Assembly (NCBI GenBank): GCA_002011125.2
Contig: MTMF02000009.1
Location: 1,064,989-1,128,988 of the forward strand
Origin: Candidatus Hydrothermarchaeum profundi
Lineage (GTDB): Archaea; Hydrothermarchaeota; Hydrothermarchaeia; Hydrothermarchaeales; Hydrothermarchaeaceae
DNA: 64,000 bases
Reading direction: 5' to 3'
Part shown: positions 10,708-20,298 of the stretch, piece by piece
Position numbering within the stretch: position 1 is the stretch's first letter
Layout of the letters: each line of letters opens with the position of its first letter
The notes under the pieces: model-generated
Seen by the model: the letters and a program-made list of their open reading frames with translations, nothing else
Told to the model about the DNA's origin: nothing
Databases searched by the model: none
Made by a program: the position numbers and the translations under genes

Positions 10708-11364
10708 CTAAAGGTTAATAAGACCTTTATGCAATGCGGTGCCTATTAGGGCACCTTTTATCCCCTTTTTTTCTAGTATAGGCAAGTCGTTTTCTCTAAT
10801 TCCTCCACCATAATACGCTTCAATCTCGTTAAAAGGAATTCTACTAAACAGATCAAAGTTGACTTTGAGAGTTCCAACAGAGGAAATGTTAAGAAAGATA
10901 AATCGGCTGAAACCTTTTTTATGTAAAATCTTAAATGCTTTGTAAGGCTCTTCGGGGAGAATTTTAGACAATACTTTCCCATTCTTAATATCCAGACTAA
11001 ATATACCCTTAGTATAATCTTCTAAGTTTTCAGCATCTTCGAAAGTCTCAGATCCCAGCACTATTTCTACATTTAGCTGTGATATCTCTTTATAGTCTCT
11101 CTTATTCCTTATCCCGGCATCTAGTATTACTTTTTTCTTCTCTGCTATTTTTCTAATTAAGTTTAAATCAGGATTCTTTTTCTCAATGCCATCTAAATCT
11201 GCAATGTATATTCTCTTGAATGGAAGATTTCTCGCTATTTCTATAGGGTTTGAACTCTTGGAGAATATTGTTTTGAGGTCTGTATATTTTTCTCTCTTGC
11301 CAGATTTACCAGAAACGGCTTTTCCTCTACGTATGTCTAACACAGGAATTATCTCCATGCACAA
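10708..11364 (-). CDS. HisA/HisF-related TIM-barrel protein (Orf17-like, C1 cofactor biosynthesis)
   Basis: IIPVLDI..GKAV.GKSG.RE.Y, YIADLD, GGGIR and IGTALH; divergent from mfnB. Confidence 0.8.
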   Translation of the reverse strand: MCMEIIPVLDIRRGKAVSGKSGKREKYTDLKTIFSKSSNPIEIARNLPFKRIYIADLDGIEKKNPDLNLIRKIAEKKKVILDAGIRNKRDYKEISQLNVEIVLGSETFEDAENLEDYTKGIFSLDIKNGKVLSKILPEEPYKAFKILHKKGFSRFIFLNISSVGTLKVNFDLFSRIPFNEIEAYYGGGIRENDLPILEKKGIKGALIGTALHKGLINL

Positions 11365-11397
11365 AATTTTAATACCTAGGTATTTTAATTTGGCGTT

Positions 11398-12090
11398 ATG
11401 AGGCTACTCATTAGTCCTATTGATGTTGAGGAAGCAGTTATAGCGGCGAGTGCAGGGGCGGATATAATCGATGTAAAAAACCCTCGTGAGGGCTCGTTAG
11501 GAGCTAACTTTCCATGGGTGATTAAACAGATAAGGGAAGCTTTACCTCCGAGAATTGAGGTGAGTGCGACCCTTGGTGACTTAGATTTTAAGCCAGGGAC
11601 AGCTGCATTGGCAGCTTTTGGCTTATCTTCTCTTGGAGTGGACTACATAAAAGCCGGATTATATGGTATGAAGAGTAGAGAGCAAGTTATTGAGATCTCA
11701 GAGAAGATTGCAAGATCTATTGAATCCAAGGCCAATCTGGTCTTGGCGGCATATGCGGATTATAAGGAGATAAATTCGATCTCTCCTATGATGCTGCCGG
11801 AGATTGCAGCGAAGGTAGGGGCCTATGGAGTGATGATTGATACAGCTCAAAAGAATGGTAGAACATTACTTGACCACCTTGAACTAGAGAAATTGGAAGA
11901 GTTTGTTAAACTCTCTAAAGATCTTGATTTAATGGTTGCTCTAGCTGGTTCACTAGGCTTTAGGGAGATATTAGAACTAAAGAAGGTGAAGCCCGACATA
12001 ATAGGTGTTAGAGGCTTGGTGTGTGATGGAGACAGAGTACGTGGAAGAATTTCAGAAGAAAAAGTTAGGCAACTGGTATCTATCCTCTAG
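11398..12090 (+). CDS. mfnB: (5-formylfuran-3-yl)methyl phosphate synthase MfnB (DUF556)
   Basis: LLISP..EEA, DIIDVKNPREGSLGANFPWVI, DYIKAG, MIDTA.K, ALAGSL and DIIGVRG. Confidence 0.92.
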   Translation: MRLLISPIDVEEAVIAASAGADIIDVKNPREGSLGANFPWVIKQIREALPPRIEVSATLGDLDFKPGTAALAAFGLSSLGVDYIKAGLYGMKSREQVIEISEKIARSIESKANLVLAAYADYKEINSISPMMLPEIAAKVGAYGVMIDTAQKNGRTLLDHLELEKLEEFVKLSKDLDLMVALAGSLGFREILELKKVKPDIIGVRGLVCDGDRVRGRISEEKVRQLVSIL

Positions 12091-12835
12091 AATAACCTGC
12101 CATATCTAGTGTAGCGTATCCAAAACCTTGACTTTTAACAATTTTAGATATCTCATTTCTTCTTTCTAGGATTCTCCTCATATCTTCGTCTGGCACTTCT
12201 ATCCTCAGAAGGGCGCCATGCGCTCTGGCCCTTACTCGGGGGAATCCTAGTTTTCTGATTTCATTCTCTATTATACGAAGCTTTTCTACGGCTCTTTTTG
12301 TTATATCGGTATAAGTTGGAAACCTCGTGGCTAGGCAGCTTTCTTGTCCCTCACTTTTTAAATTAAATCTTTTTGCTATTTCTCTTATTTCCTTCTTTTC
12401 CAATCCTATATCAAATAATGGTGCTAACACACCTTCCTCTTTCAATGCTACTAATGCTGCTTGGTAGTCTTTTATCGCTGACTTAGTTGTAGCATCTATC
12501 ACGTAATTATAGTCCTCCCTCCGCCTTATATCTTCTAGTGCTCTAAGAATCTCTTTTTTACAAATGTAACATCTCTCCGGCGAGTTCTCTGTGAAGACTT
12601 TGTCATCTAGGAGGTCTATCTTTACTACTTCATGCTTAAGCCCTAGAGCCTTTGCACTCTCTTTTATCTCTTCTAGGTTTCGAAGCATCCCATTGTCGAC
12701 AGTTACTGCTATGAACTGCTTCCCCATGTTTTTCATAAAACAAGCCAAAAATGAGCTGTCTAGACCTCCTGAGAATGCTAATACGAATTTATCCAAAGGC
12801 TTGAGAAACTCTTCCAGCTCTTCAAGCTTATCCAT
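12080..12835 (-). CDS. larE: LarE-like PP-loop ATP-dependent sulfur transferase (divergent)
   Basis: AFSGGLDS PP-loop, RCYICK, SCLATRFP and VRARAHG..LRIEV. Confidence 0.7.
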   Translation of the reverse strand: MDKLEELEEFLKPLDKFVLAFSGGLDSSFLACFMKNMGKQFIAVTVDNGMLRNLEEIKESAKALGLKHEVVKIDLLDDKVFTENSPERCYICKKEILRALEDIRRREDYNYVIDATTKSAIKDYQAALVALKEEGVLAPLFDIGLEKKEIREIAKRFNLKSEGQESCLATRFPTYTDITKRAVEKLRIIENEIRKLGFPRVRARAHGALLRIEVPDEDMRRILERRNEISKIVKSQGFGYATLDMAGYSRG

Positions 12836-12925
12836 GCCATTAGAGCAGTTTTATAACTTTGGTAATTAAATTTAATAGGAAAGTTAAAATAGAGTAAACT
12901 GGTTTAATGCTATATCGGTGGTAAA

Positions 12926-13195
12926 ATGGAACTCCCCTTTAATCTGAAGGATATAAAGCCGGGAACATTCTCCTACTTAACTAGGAGAAAGCTGGAAAAC
13001 AAGGAAGGTGAAGAGACAGGCGAGATCTTCCTATGGAAAAAAATCGATGAGGAAGAGTCGAGCTACATAATGAGATGCCCATTCTGCGAGGAAGAGCAGC
13101 AGGGGAGAGTCCTATTAAAAAAACGCCCTTATAGAGTAAAATGCTCATCCTGCGGGAGGACAGTGAATCTGCCAAAGCTAAATCCAAAAAAATGA
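12926..13195 (+). CDS. Small zinc-ribbon protein
   Basis: CPFC...CSSC pairs; ATGA overlap with the next gene. Confidence 0.75.
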   Translation: MELPFNLKDIKPGTFSYLTRRKLENKEGEETGEIFLWKKIDEEESSYIMRCPFCEEEQQGRVLLKKRPYRVKCSSCGRTVNLPKLNPKK

Positions 13196-14007
13196 GATTA
13201 AAAATCATAATAGTAATGTTGTTACTAGCCGGATGCTTATCCCAAGGCGGGCCTTCAGTGACTCCGCAGGCAACCGCTAAGGCAAGTATAGCTGGAGTAG
13301 AATATGGAGACAATGTGTCAGTGGACTTTATAGGTATCGTTAAAAGTACAGGAGAGGTTTTCGATACTACCGAAGAAGATATAGCGATGGACCCGAATAT
13401 TCCAAAGATAACCGGATTTGTGCCGAGGGAAAGCTATGAGCCACTTAGTTTTATAGTTGGTAGCGGAGAAATTATCCCAGAATTCGAGGAAGCTATTCTA
13501 GGCCTGAAAGAAGGTGAAGAAGCAACAATTGAACTGCCTCCGGAGAAGGCTTTTGGTGAAGTAGATCCAAATTTAATAGTCTCGTCTCCTAGGAATGCCG
13601 AGTTCAGCATAGTGGAAGAGGTCTCGCTCGAAAACTACGTTATGGCTATGAAGAAAGAGCCTATAGTAGGGGATATCGTTAATGTAACACCCTATTGGTC
13701 AACTGAAATAACTAATATCACAAATGGAACAGTCGTGCTTACTCATCTACCAGTTAATGATTCAATAGTTAAGACCGCCTATGGGCCCGCGAGAGTTACT
13801 ACTAATGGTACTACGATTTTTATGAGACTCTTACCGGAGATTAATACAACGGTATATAGTGTTTACGGGGGGATCGGAAAGATCATCGATTTTAATGAGA
13901 GCTTTGTCACGGTAGATTTCAACCACCCACTAGCTGGGGAGACTTTAATATTTAAAATAAAAGTGAGAAATATAATAAAGAAGTCGGAGACGATAGAAAC
14001 CTCATGA
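13192..14007 (+). CDS. FKBP-type (SlyD-like) peptidyl-prolyl isomerase, predicted lipoprotein
   Basis: MRLKIIIVMLLLAG-C lipobox; GEVFDTT, IIPEFEEAILG, PPEKAFG and VDFNHPLAGETLIFKI. Confidence 0.88.
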   Translation: MRLKIIIVMLLLAGCLSQGGPSVTPQATAKASIAGVEYGDNVSVDFIGIVKSTGEVFDTTEEDIAMDPNIPKITGFVPRESYEPLSFIVGSGEIIPEFEEAILGLKEGEEATIELPPEKAFGEVDPNLIVSSPRNAEFSIVEEVSLENYVMAMKKEPIVGDIVNVTPYWSTEITNITNGTVVLTHLPVNDSIVKTAYGPARVTTNGTTIFMRLLPEINTTVYSVYGGIGKIIDFNESFVTVDFNHPLAGETLIFKIKVRNIIKKSETIETS

Positions 14008-14010
14008 ACA

Positions 14011-14096
14011 GCGGGGGTGGTCGAGCTTGGCTAAGGCGCGGGACTCAAGATCCCGTGGACGTAGGTCCATCAAGGGTTCAAATCCCTTCCCCCGCA
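14011..14096 (+). tRNA. tRNA-Leu(CAA)
   Basis: Acceptor stem GCGGGGG/CCCCCGC plus discriminator A; anticodon arm CGGGA-CTCAAGA-TCCCG; long variable arm; T loop GGTTCAAATCC; CCA not encoded. Confidence 0.96.
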
Positions 14097-14475
14097 TATC
14101 TTATTATCGCCCATCTGAGCATGATTCTTGCTTTTTTCTCGTAAATATCACCTAATTATCCCCATGCTTTAGACAAGAATCATGAAAAAACAATACTAAC
14201 CCGGATAAAAGTGCCATTCGAGGCGAGGGATTTTTCTGATAAAGCTAATGTTCCTATCGATCCAGGAGGCATCAATAAAACGATTTGGGGTATATGAAGT
14301 TGCTCAACAGGGCAGTTTGAGCGAAAATGCCACGTGGTCAGAGCGGCTGAAAAGAGCAGAGAAAGACTGATGTCAGTAATTTCCTCAACCACCCGCCCTT
14401 AAATAGACAAATCATATAATAGAAGGCGCGCTAATAAGAAAATTTAATAAAAAATCTAAAATATAATTTGTAATA

Positions 14476-15795
14476 ATGAAAATTCCAAAATTATCAATAA
14501 TTATAATTGTGGTTGTAGTAGTTGGAATTGCCATTATTTTCAGTTCTAAATTTTTATTTGACCTGCAAAGACTATCTGAAAAAAGGTTCCAACCTGAATT
14601 TGAAAACCCCTTTGTTACCGGCTCAGAAGAATTAAAGTCCTGTTTGCGTAAAACTATTGGGGACAAAGCTTTTGAAGAAATTGCTCAGAATAAACGTCAA
14701 ATAACAAACACTGAAAGAAAAGATGTGGAAACCTGTTTTGAATTAGAAAGAGCCAGAAATGAAAACACACCAGCTCCTACCAAAGAATTTTTTGAGAGTG
14801 ACCTAGTTGATACGAGTCAATTGAGTCGCAACTATCCAGAATTTATTATATGCGAATATGTTTCTGAAATGGATGTCATTCCCATGGTTTTTGAGCTTGA
14901 AAAGTTCAAAGAAGCTGGCTTAAACACAATCTGTATTTATCTCACACCACCAAGGTACAGTCCTACTATGTCGCCAAAAGATAAAGAAGCTGAATGGCGA
15001 ATTCTTAAAATCAAATGGGCGGTTGGCAAGATAAAAAAGGCTGGTTTTGCTGTTTTATTGGATCAAGATGTAGGAGCTGGTTCCAAAGAAGGCGAATTGT
15101 TAGTAACCAAGGGTACATCTGATGAGTTGCTCTCAGAAATGGAAGATGAAAATCTTATGTGGGCAAGAGTGGCTGAAGAGTATAAAATTGAATATCTTTC
15201 ACCTTTTGGTGAAATTGAAGATAAACTTGACTGGTTTTTGGAAAAGGAAGGTTTAACAAAAGAAAAAAGGATCGCCAAAACTAATGAATGGCTCTCCCAA
15301 CTCGCACCAAAGCTAAGAGAGGTATATAAGGGCAGGCTTATCGCTCATTATGGCAAGTTATATCCGGAACTTGATCCAACGGGCTATGATTACTTCGGCA
15401 GTACTGTAGATATTGGTCCCTTAACTGATCCTACGGAACTTAATGAATTCCGCCAGATGATAAGAGATACCTATCAAGTAGCGCTTGCTTTAGAAGAAAG
15501 AACTAAGTCCGAGTGGATAATTCCAGAAATCTTTTTTGCCTATGAGGAGCTAAATGTTGGACCAGATATTCAAAAGAAATATGAAGAATATGGAGAGCAA
15601 TTAAAAGAACTTCAGGATGATTATTTCAGGATAACCTTTGAGGAAATTTTAAATCTTCCTCCAGAAAAAAGACCTAGAGGGGTTGAAACTGGTGGATATG
15701 TGCTTGACTTTGGTGGATATGGGCCAGTAACATTTTCACCATTAACTGACGAAGCACGTAGTGAGATTAAAAAGTTTCTCAGTCAAATAGAATGA
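14476..15795 (+). CDS. N-terminally anchored extracellular TIM-barrel protein, glycoside hydrolase GH113/GH5-like
   Basis: Signal anchor; KFKEAGLNTI, WARVAEEYKIEYLSPFGE, LREVYKGRL and WIIPE resemble clan GH-A/GH113 segments. Confidence 0.55.
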   Translation: MKIPKLSIIIIVVVVVGIAIIFSSKFLFDLQRLSEKRFQPEFENPFVTGSEELKSCLRKTIGDKAFEEIAQNKRQITNTERKDVETCFELERARNENTPAPTKEFFESDLVDTSQLSRNYPEFIICEYVSEMDVIPMVFELEKFKEAGLNTICIYLTPPRYSPTMSPKDKEAEWRILKIKWAVGKIKKAGFAVLLDQDVGAGSKEGELLVTKGTSDELLSEMEDENLMWARVAEEYKIEYLSPFGEIEDKLDWFLEKEGLTKEKRIAKTNEWLSQLAPKLREVYKGRLIAHYGKLYPELDPTGYDYFGSTVDIGPLTDPTELNEFRQMIRDTYQVALALEERTKSEWIIPEIFFAYEELNVGPDIQKKYEEYGEQLKELQDDYFRITFEEILNLPPEKRPRGVETGGYVLDFGGYGPVTFSPLTDEARSEIKKFLSQIE

Positions 15796-15857
15796 GTGTT
15801 ATAAAAGATTCATAATAATCTATCTTAAACATCAACCAATCAGAGTATGGCTTTAGA

Positions 15858-16799
15858 ATGAAAAAAAATCACAATCTCAGCTGTTATCATAGCTGTTATC
15901 ATAGTTGGGGTTATTCTTTCTCAAATCTGGGGTTTTCCAAACTATCCAGAAGAGCCGACCCTCAAACGGGCATTGCCCATATCTCTATACGACCTTAAGC
16001 GGGTTGCGAAGCACGCGAAAAAGTATTTGATTGAAAACTGCCTTTTACTCGCAGATGATTGGAACAGCAATAGCTTCTGATGATGGGAATGTTCCAATCC
16101 CATGTCCAAAAGATGGCTTTAGCCTAGAGTGGTGGGAAAAACATATGGACGAACTGGAAAGGTGGAATGTCTACAATGCAAGAACAGCAGAAGCAACAGG
16201 CGTTGATTACCTTCTCGTGCAACCAGCAATATCTGCTTATCCTGTTGAAGAATACAACAATGAGCAATATCCAAACTACAACCAAAGAATGAATGAAATC
16301 ATCAAAAAAATGAGAAACTACTACAGCAACAAATTGGTTGCGGAGATGGTGGGGTTGCCAGGAGTTGACACTACTTATTCCATAGATTACTGCATGGATG
16401 CAGATATTGTTTCAGCACGGTTGCAGGAATCCTGGGACAGAGTAAGTGTTTCAACTTCACAAGAAGAAGCTAACAGAATAATGGCAGAGGATGTGGACAA
16501 ATACAGTAGGGCATCTGAATTATCTGGCAAGCGTTTTATTATGCAACAACTCAGCGTAGGGAGTCTTGATTACCCTAACAATCCCAGCAAGGAGCAGATA
16601 GAAAACCACTGGGAAAGGCAGAAGAAGGTGCTGAATGCCTTCTTTAATGCGGCTAATGATAGAGACTGGATTGAAGGGATATAGCTGTTCCCATATAATT
16701 TTTTCGACTCAATAGAAAAAAATCGCCCCAGACTTCAGAGGAAAAACTGCAGATAAAATGGCCGCGGCCTGGACAAGGAAAATTTCACAAAAATTTTGA
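15858..16799 (+). pseudogene. Disrupted GH113-like membrane-anchored protein
   Basis: ATG 15858 is followed by an A8 run; one A fewer gives MKKITISAVIIAVIIVGVIL. A further frame change occurs near 16030, an in-frame TAG at 16682, and a shift in an A-run near 16720 restores DFRGKTADK...TGA 16799. Confidence 0.6.
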
Positions 16800-17986
16800 A
16801 TGTTTGCCTTAGGTGGCTCCTGATTGTACCTTAAAGCTACGTCACGTAAAAAAGACTTTTAACTTCTCTAGTTCAGACCCGAGTTTGTACCTATTTCCCC
16901 GCATCATTTATACTTTTTTGTAAAATAAGGCCAAATTCTATGTATAATCCATTCATGGAATTGGAAATCTAGCTCTAAAAGTAATCCTCAAAGCCAACAT
17001 GATCAAAATAAACACAGCGAGGTATACCATTCTATAGAAAACTACTGTCCCTCTTTATCAAGAAAGATATAGCGTTCCAACAAAAGCGAGGAATCCTACA
17101 TAAAAAGAGAGCCTAATAAAAATGGCGGTTGATCTGCCACAAGGATCAAAGCTACTAAAAAAATTCCAGAGAGCCCAGCGACTATCAAAATAGAATAGCT
17201 AATATGCATAACTCCCTTTTCAGGATTGAGAACCGAGGAAGTAAGGAGATAAAGTATTATAAAGAACAAAAGTAAGACACAAACATTAAAAATAGATTCT
17301 CAAACAAGCCTTTAAATCAGGCATAAACTGTGATTTAGTCATGATAATATATTATAGTGCTAAGCAATGGGAGAATCTCGTTAGGTTTTTACAAAAAAGT
17401 CTAATCATCTGATGAGGAGCTAAGTGCATTATCACTATACTAGGCTCTTTTGACGCAGGCTATTAAGATTTTAATCATATCCTTTTTATGCTAAAACTTA
17501 AAGATAACCCGAAATCTTATTTTGAGGGTTGTTTTTTTCGGAAAGAGATACTCCTATAAACCCCTACTTTTTGTTTAAGAATTGAAAGGTATTAGAAAAA
17601 GGTATTTTTTGGCTTAGATGAGAACCAAAAACTAGAATTGTCAGAGTTCCTTATGCTTGATGGTAACTCATTGTGCCCATAATCTCGTTAGAAACTGTTC
17701 AACTTCGAGTTCGGTCGGCTCTCTTATATGATATTTTTCTAACAACTTTTTCCTATATTTTTGAAAGCTAATTTTATTACTTACCATAGGCTGTCCACAG
17801 TTAACTAATAGATTACTTTAATTCCCAAGTATTTTCGGTTTACGTGCGTGATTGTGGAGGTATACATATATGCACCTCTAGATTTTCATATAGAGTTGGA
17901 TTAACTATGCGTAGCTCACTAATTCAAAAAAATACAATATTCTGTTTCTAAAAACTATTAAAATCGATTTTTCTCAAAAACCGAAC

Positions 17987-18925
17987 TTACTTCTTCTTTT
18001 TTTCTTTTACTAGTTCAGATATAGTAGTGGCAGTAAAAACCTTCCCCTCGGGATGATAAATGTTTACAAGAGAACAATCAGACAATAAGTCTTCAAGAGA
18101 TTTTAATGCTTCTGGATGGCATGTAGCCCCGAGAGCGCAGGCAGAGGTTGCTCTTAATTCTTCCCTTGGGCTTCTTATAAGCTCCTTTAATTTTGGTACT
18201 GCATCCTTAATAAGTTCAGGCTCTTTCGTACCGATTAAGGCAAGAGCTTGGGCAACGTTTTCTTCAACAGGGGGAGAGCTATCTAAAAGCCTAATCAAAG
18301 TGGGTACGGCTTTCTTAACTAGCTCTGGGTTCTGGCTGCCTATTAGCCCCACGATATAGGCAGCGTTAATACGAACTACCTCGTTGTCATCTTCTAATGC
18401 TTTTATAAATTTATTTGCGTAGTCCAAAACCAGCGTAGGGTTTCCTTTGGCGAGTAACGCTAAAGCGCAGGCCGAGTTTGCTCTATAAATGTCCTCTCCT
18501 TTCTCAAAGGTTTTCAGTAAAAGAGGCACAGCATCCTTAACTAGTTCAGGATCATCCTCGCCTATTAGAGCTAATGCATAAGCCGCGTATCTACGTATGC
18601 CTAAGTGCTTTTCCTTTAGAAGTTCAATAATTTTTTTTACCTTAGATTTTATAGCGTCTGGCATAATCTCTGAAATTTGAGCTACTGCGAATATAGCGCT
18701 ATGACGAATTTCCACTTCTTCATCTTCAAGCAATTCTAATACATTAGGGACAATTGCTTCTAGTAAGAGGGGGTTCTCTTCTGCTAACCTACTCGCTACG
18801 TGAAGGGCCTTGATCTTATGTTCTTTGCTAGTACTAGCTAGAAGTTTTTTTAACTCTTCTAGGCGGCTTTCATTTTCCATTATTAGATTCACTATTTCTT
18901 CCTCAGATTTTTCTGACAGTTCCAT
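17987..18925 (-). CDS. HEAT/PBS-lyase repeat protein
   Basis: About 7 repeats of VP.L..LL.D....VR..AA.AL..IG. Confidence 0.88.
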   Translation of the reverse strand: MELSEKSEEEIVNLIMENESRLEELKKLLASTSKEHKIKALHVASRLAEENPLLLEAIVPNVLELLEDEEVEIRHSAIFAVAQISEIMPDAIKSKVKKIIELLKEKHLGIRRYAAYALALIGEDDPELVKDAVPLLLKTFEKGEDIYRANSACALALLAKGNPTLVLDYANKFIKALEDDNEVVRINAAYIVGLIGSQNPELVKKAVPTLIRLLDSSPPVEENVAQALALIGTKEPELIKDAVPKLKELIRSPREELRATSACALGATCHPEALKSLEDLLSDCSLVNIYHPEGKVFTATTISELVKEKKKK

Positions 18926-18990
18926 AGATGAATAGAAAAAAATTAGCGAATGAAAAACTTATCATTAGGTAAAAATAGAGGGCTATAATC

Positions 18991-20235
18991 ATGAGAGTAC
19001 TACTAGTTCATCCATCTTTTCCCTATAAGGGTAGAGACCTTTTCCCTATCGGTCTGGGTTATTTGGCGTCAGTAATTAAAGATAGGGCAGAGATTTTAGT
19101 GATAGATGACCCGGTAGAGCCTTTTGATGCTGAGAAGGTTAAAAAATTCAGGCCAGATATTATTGGTATCTCCTCTACTACGCCGTCTTTTTCAAGAGCA
19201 GCTGAGATAATAGGTAAAATTAGAGCTCTAGGCATCGAAACTACCCTAGTAGTTGGAGGAGTCCATGCTACCTTTAGACCAGAAGATGCATTAGCAGCCG
19301 GGGCAGATATTGTTGTTAGGGGGGAAGGAGAGATAGCTTTTTCCAAGATAGTTGGAGGACATGATTTGTCTACGATAAGAGGAGTATCTTACAGCGATAA
19401 TGGGATAAAGCACAATCCCGATGAGAAGCTAATCGAGGACCTTGATAAAATACCTTACCCCGCCTATGAATTTTTTCCTATACACAGCTACGGTATAATG
19501 TCGATAGTTACTAGCAGGGGGTGCCCTTACTCCTGCACGTATTGCTCTGCCACAAGATTTTGGAGACATAAAGTAAGATTTCGATCTCCAAAGAATGTTA
19601 TCGGAGAGCTCGAGAAGATAGTTGAGTTAAACCATAAGAGGATTAAATTTATGGACAGTACCTTTACTTTGGACAAGGAGAGGGCAATTAAAATATGTGA
19701 GGGTATTATAGAGAAGGGACTCGATATAATATGGAGCTGTGAAACTAGGGCAGATCATTTAGATGACGAGCTATTACAAGCTCTTTCAGAAGCCGGATGT
19801 AATCTATTATGCATAGGAGTCGACTCGGGCTCTCAAGAGATACTAGATAAAAGCAAAAGGCGGATGAAAGTCTCTACGATTGTAGACGCTTTTGATAAGG
19901 CAAGGAAATATGGCATTAAAACAAGGGCATATGTAACTTTCGGGTTACCTGGAGAAAACAAGCAGTCACCAGAGACAACTATTAGGCTTTTAGAAAGGAT
20001 TAAACCAGGTCAAACGTTGCTATCCTTAGCAACCTCTTATCCTGGCACAGAGCTTTATGACGGGAAACATATAGATGTTCATCCCAGTTGGGTATCAAAA
20101 TTTCATGGTCATGGTTTAGGAGCTAAATTATATTTACCGGAAACTCTTAGTAAAAGGGATTACATAAGGCTTGCAGACTATATGTACAGGGAAGTAAAGA
20201 GAATAAATAGGCTTTCAAGTACCCAAGGTATCTAA
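18991..20235 (+). CDS. Cobalamin-binding radical SAM protein
   Basis: PIGLGYLAS and VVGGVHAT (B12-binding domain); TSRGCPYSCTYC (CX3CX2C). Confidence 0.9.
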   Translation: MRVLLVHPSFPYKGRDLFPIGLGYLASVIKDRAEILVIDDPVEPFDAEKVKKFRPDIIGISSTTPSFSRAAEIIGKIRALGIETTLVVGGVHATFRPEDALAAGADIVVRGEGEIAFSKIVGGHDLSTIRGVSYSDNGIKHNPDEKLIEDLDKIPYPAYEFFPIHSYGIMSIVTSRGCPYSCTYCSATRFWRHKVRFRSPKNVIGELEKIVELNHKRIKFMDSTFTLDKERAIKICEGIIEKGLDIIWSCETRADHLDDELLQALSEAGCNLLCIGVDSGSQEILDKSKRRMKVSTIVDAFDKARKYGIKTRAYVTFGLPGENKQSPETTIRLLERIKPGQTLLSLATSYPGTELYDGKHIDVHPSWVSKFHGHGLGAKLYLPETLSKRDYIRLADYMYREVKRINRLSSTQGI

Positions 20236-20298
20236 ATCTGCAGTGCACTTTGCATCAGAGATGTCGCAGTCTATTCTAAAATTTTAATGTCCTTATTC

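Noticed and set aside
16682-16684. Pyrrolysine or readthrough at the in-frame TAG
   Set aside because: The same gene has several frameshifts, so decay is the simpler explanation; no pyl genes are in the window.
16894-16904. attR-like copy of the tRNA-Leu 3' end (TTCCCCGCAT)
   Set aside because: Only about 8-10 bp match, with one C fewer, and no integrase is present; too weak to call.
16800-17986. CRISPR array or structured ncRNA in the long non-coding stretch
   Set aside because: No regularly spaced repeats. An 11-bp repeat (AATCTCGTTAG) and a TGATGA box-C-like word lack supporting structure.
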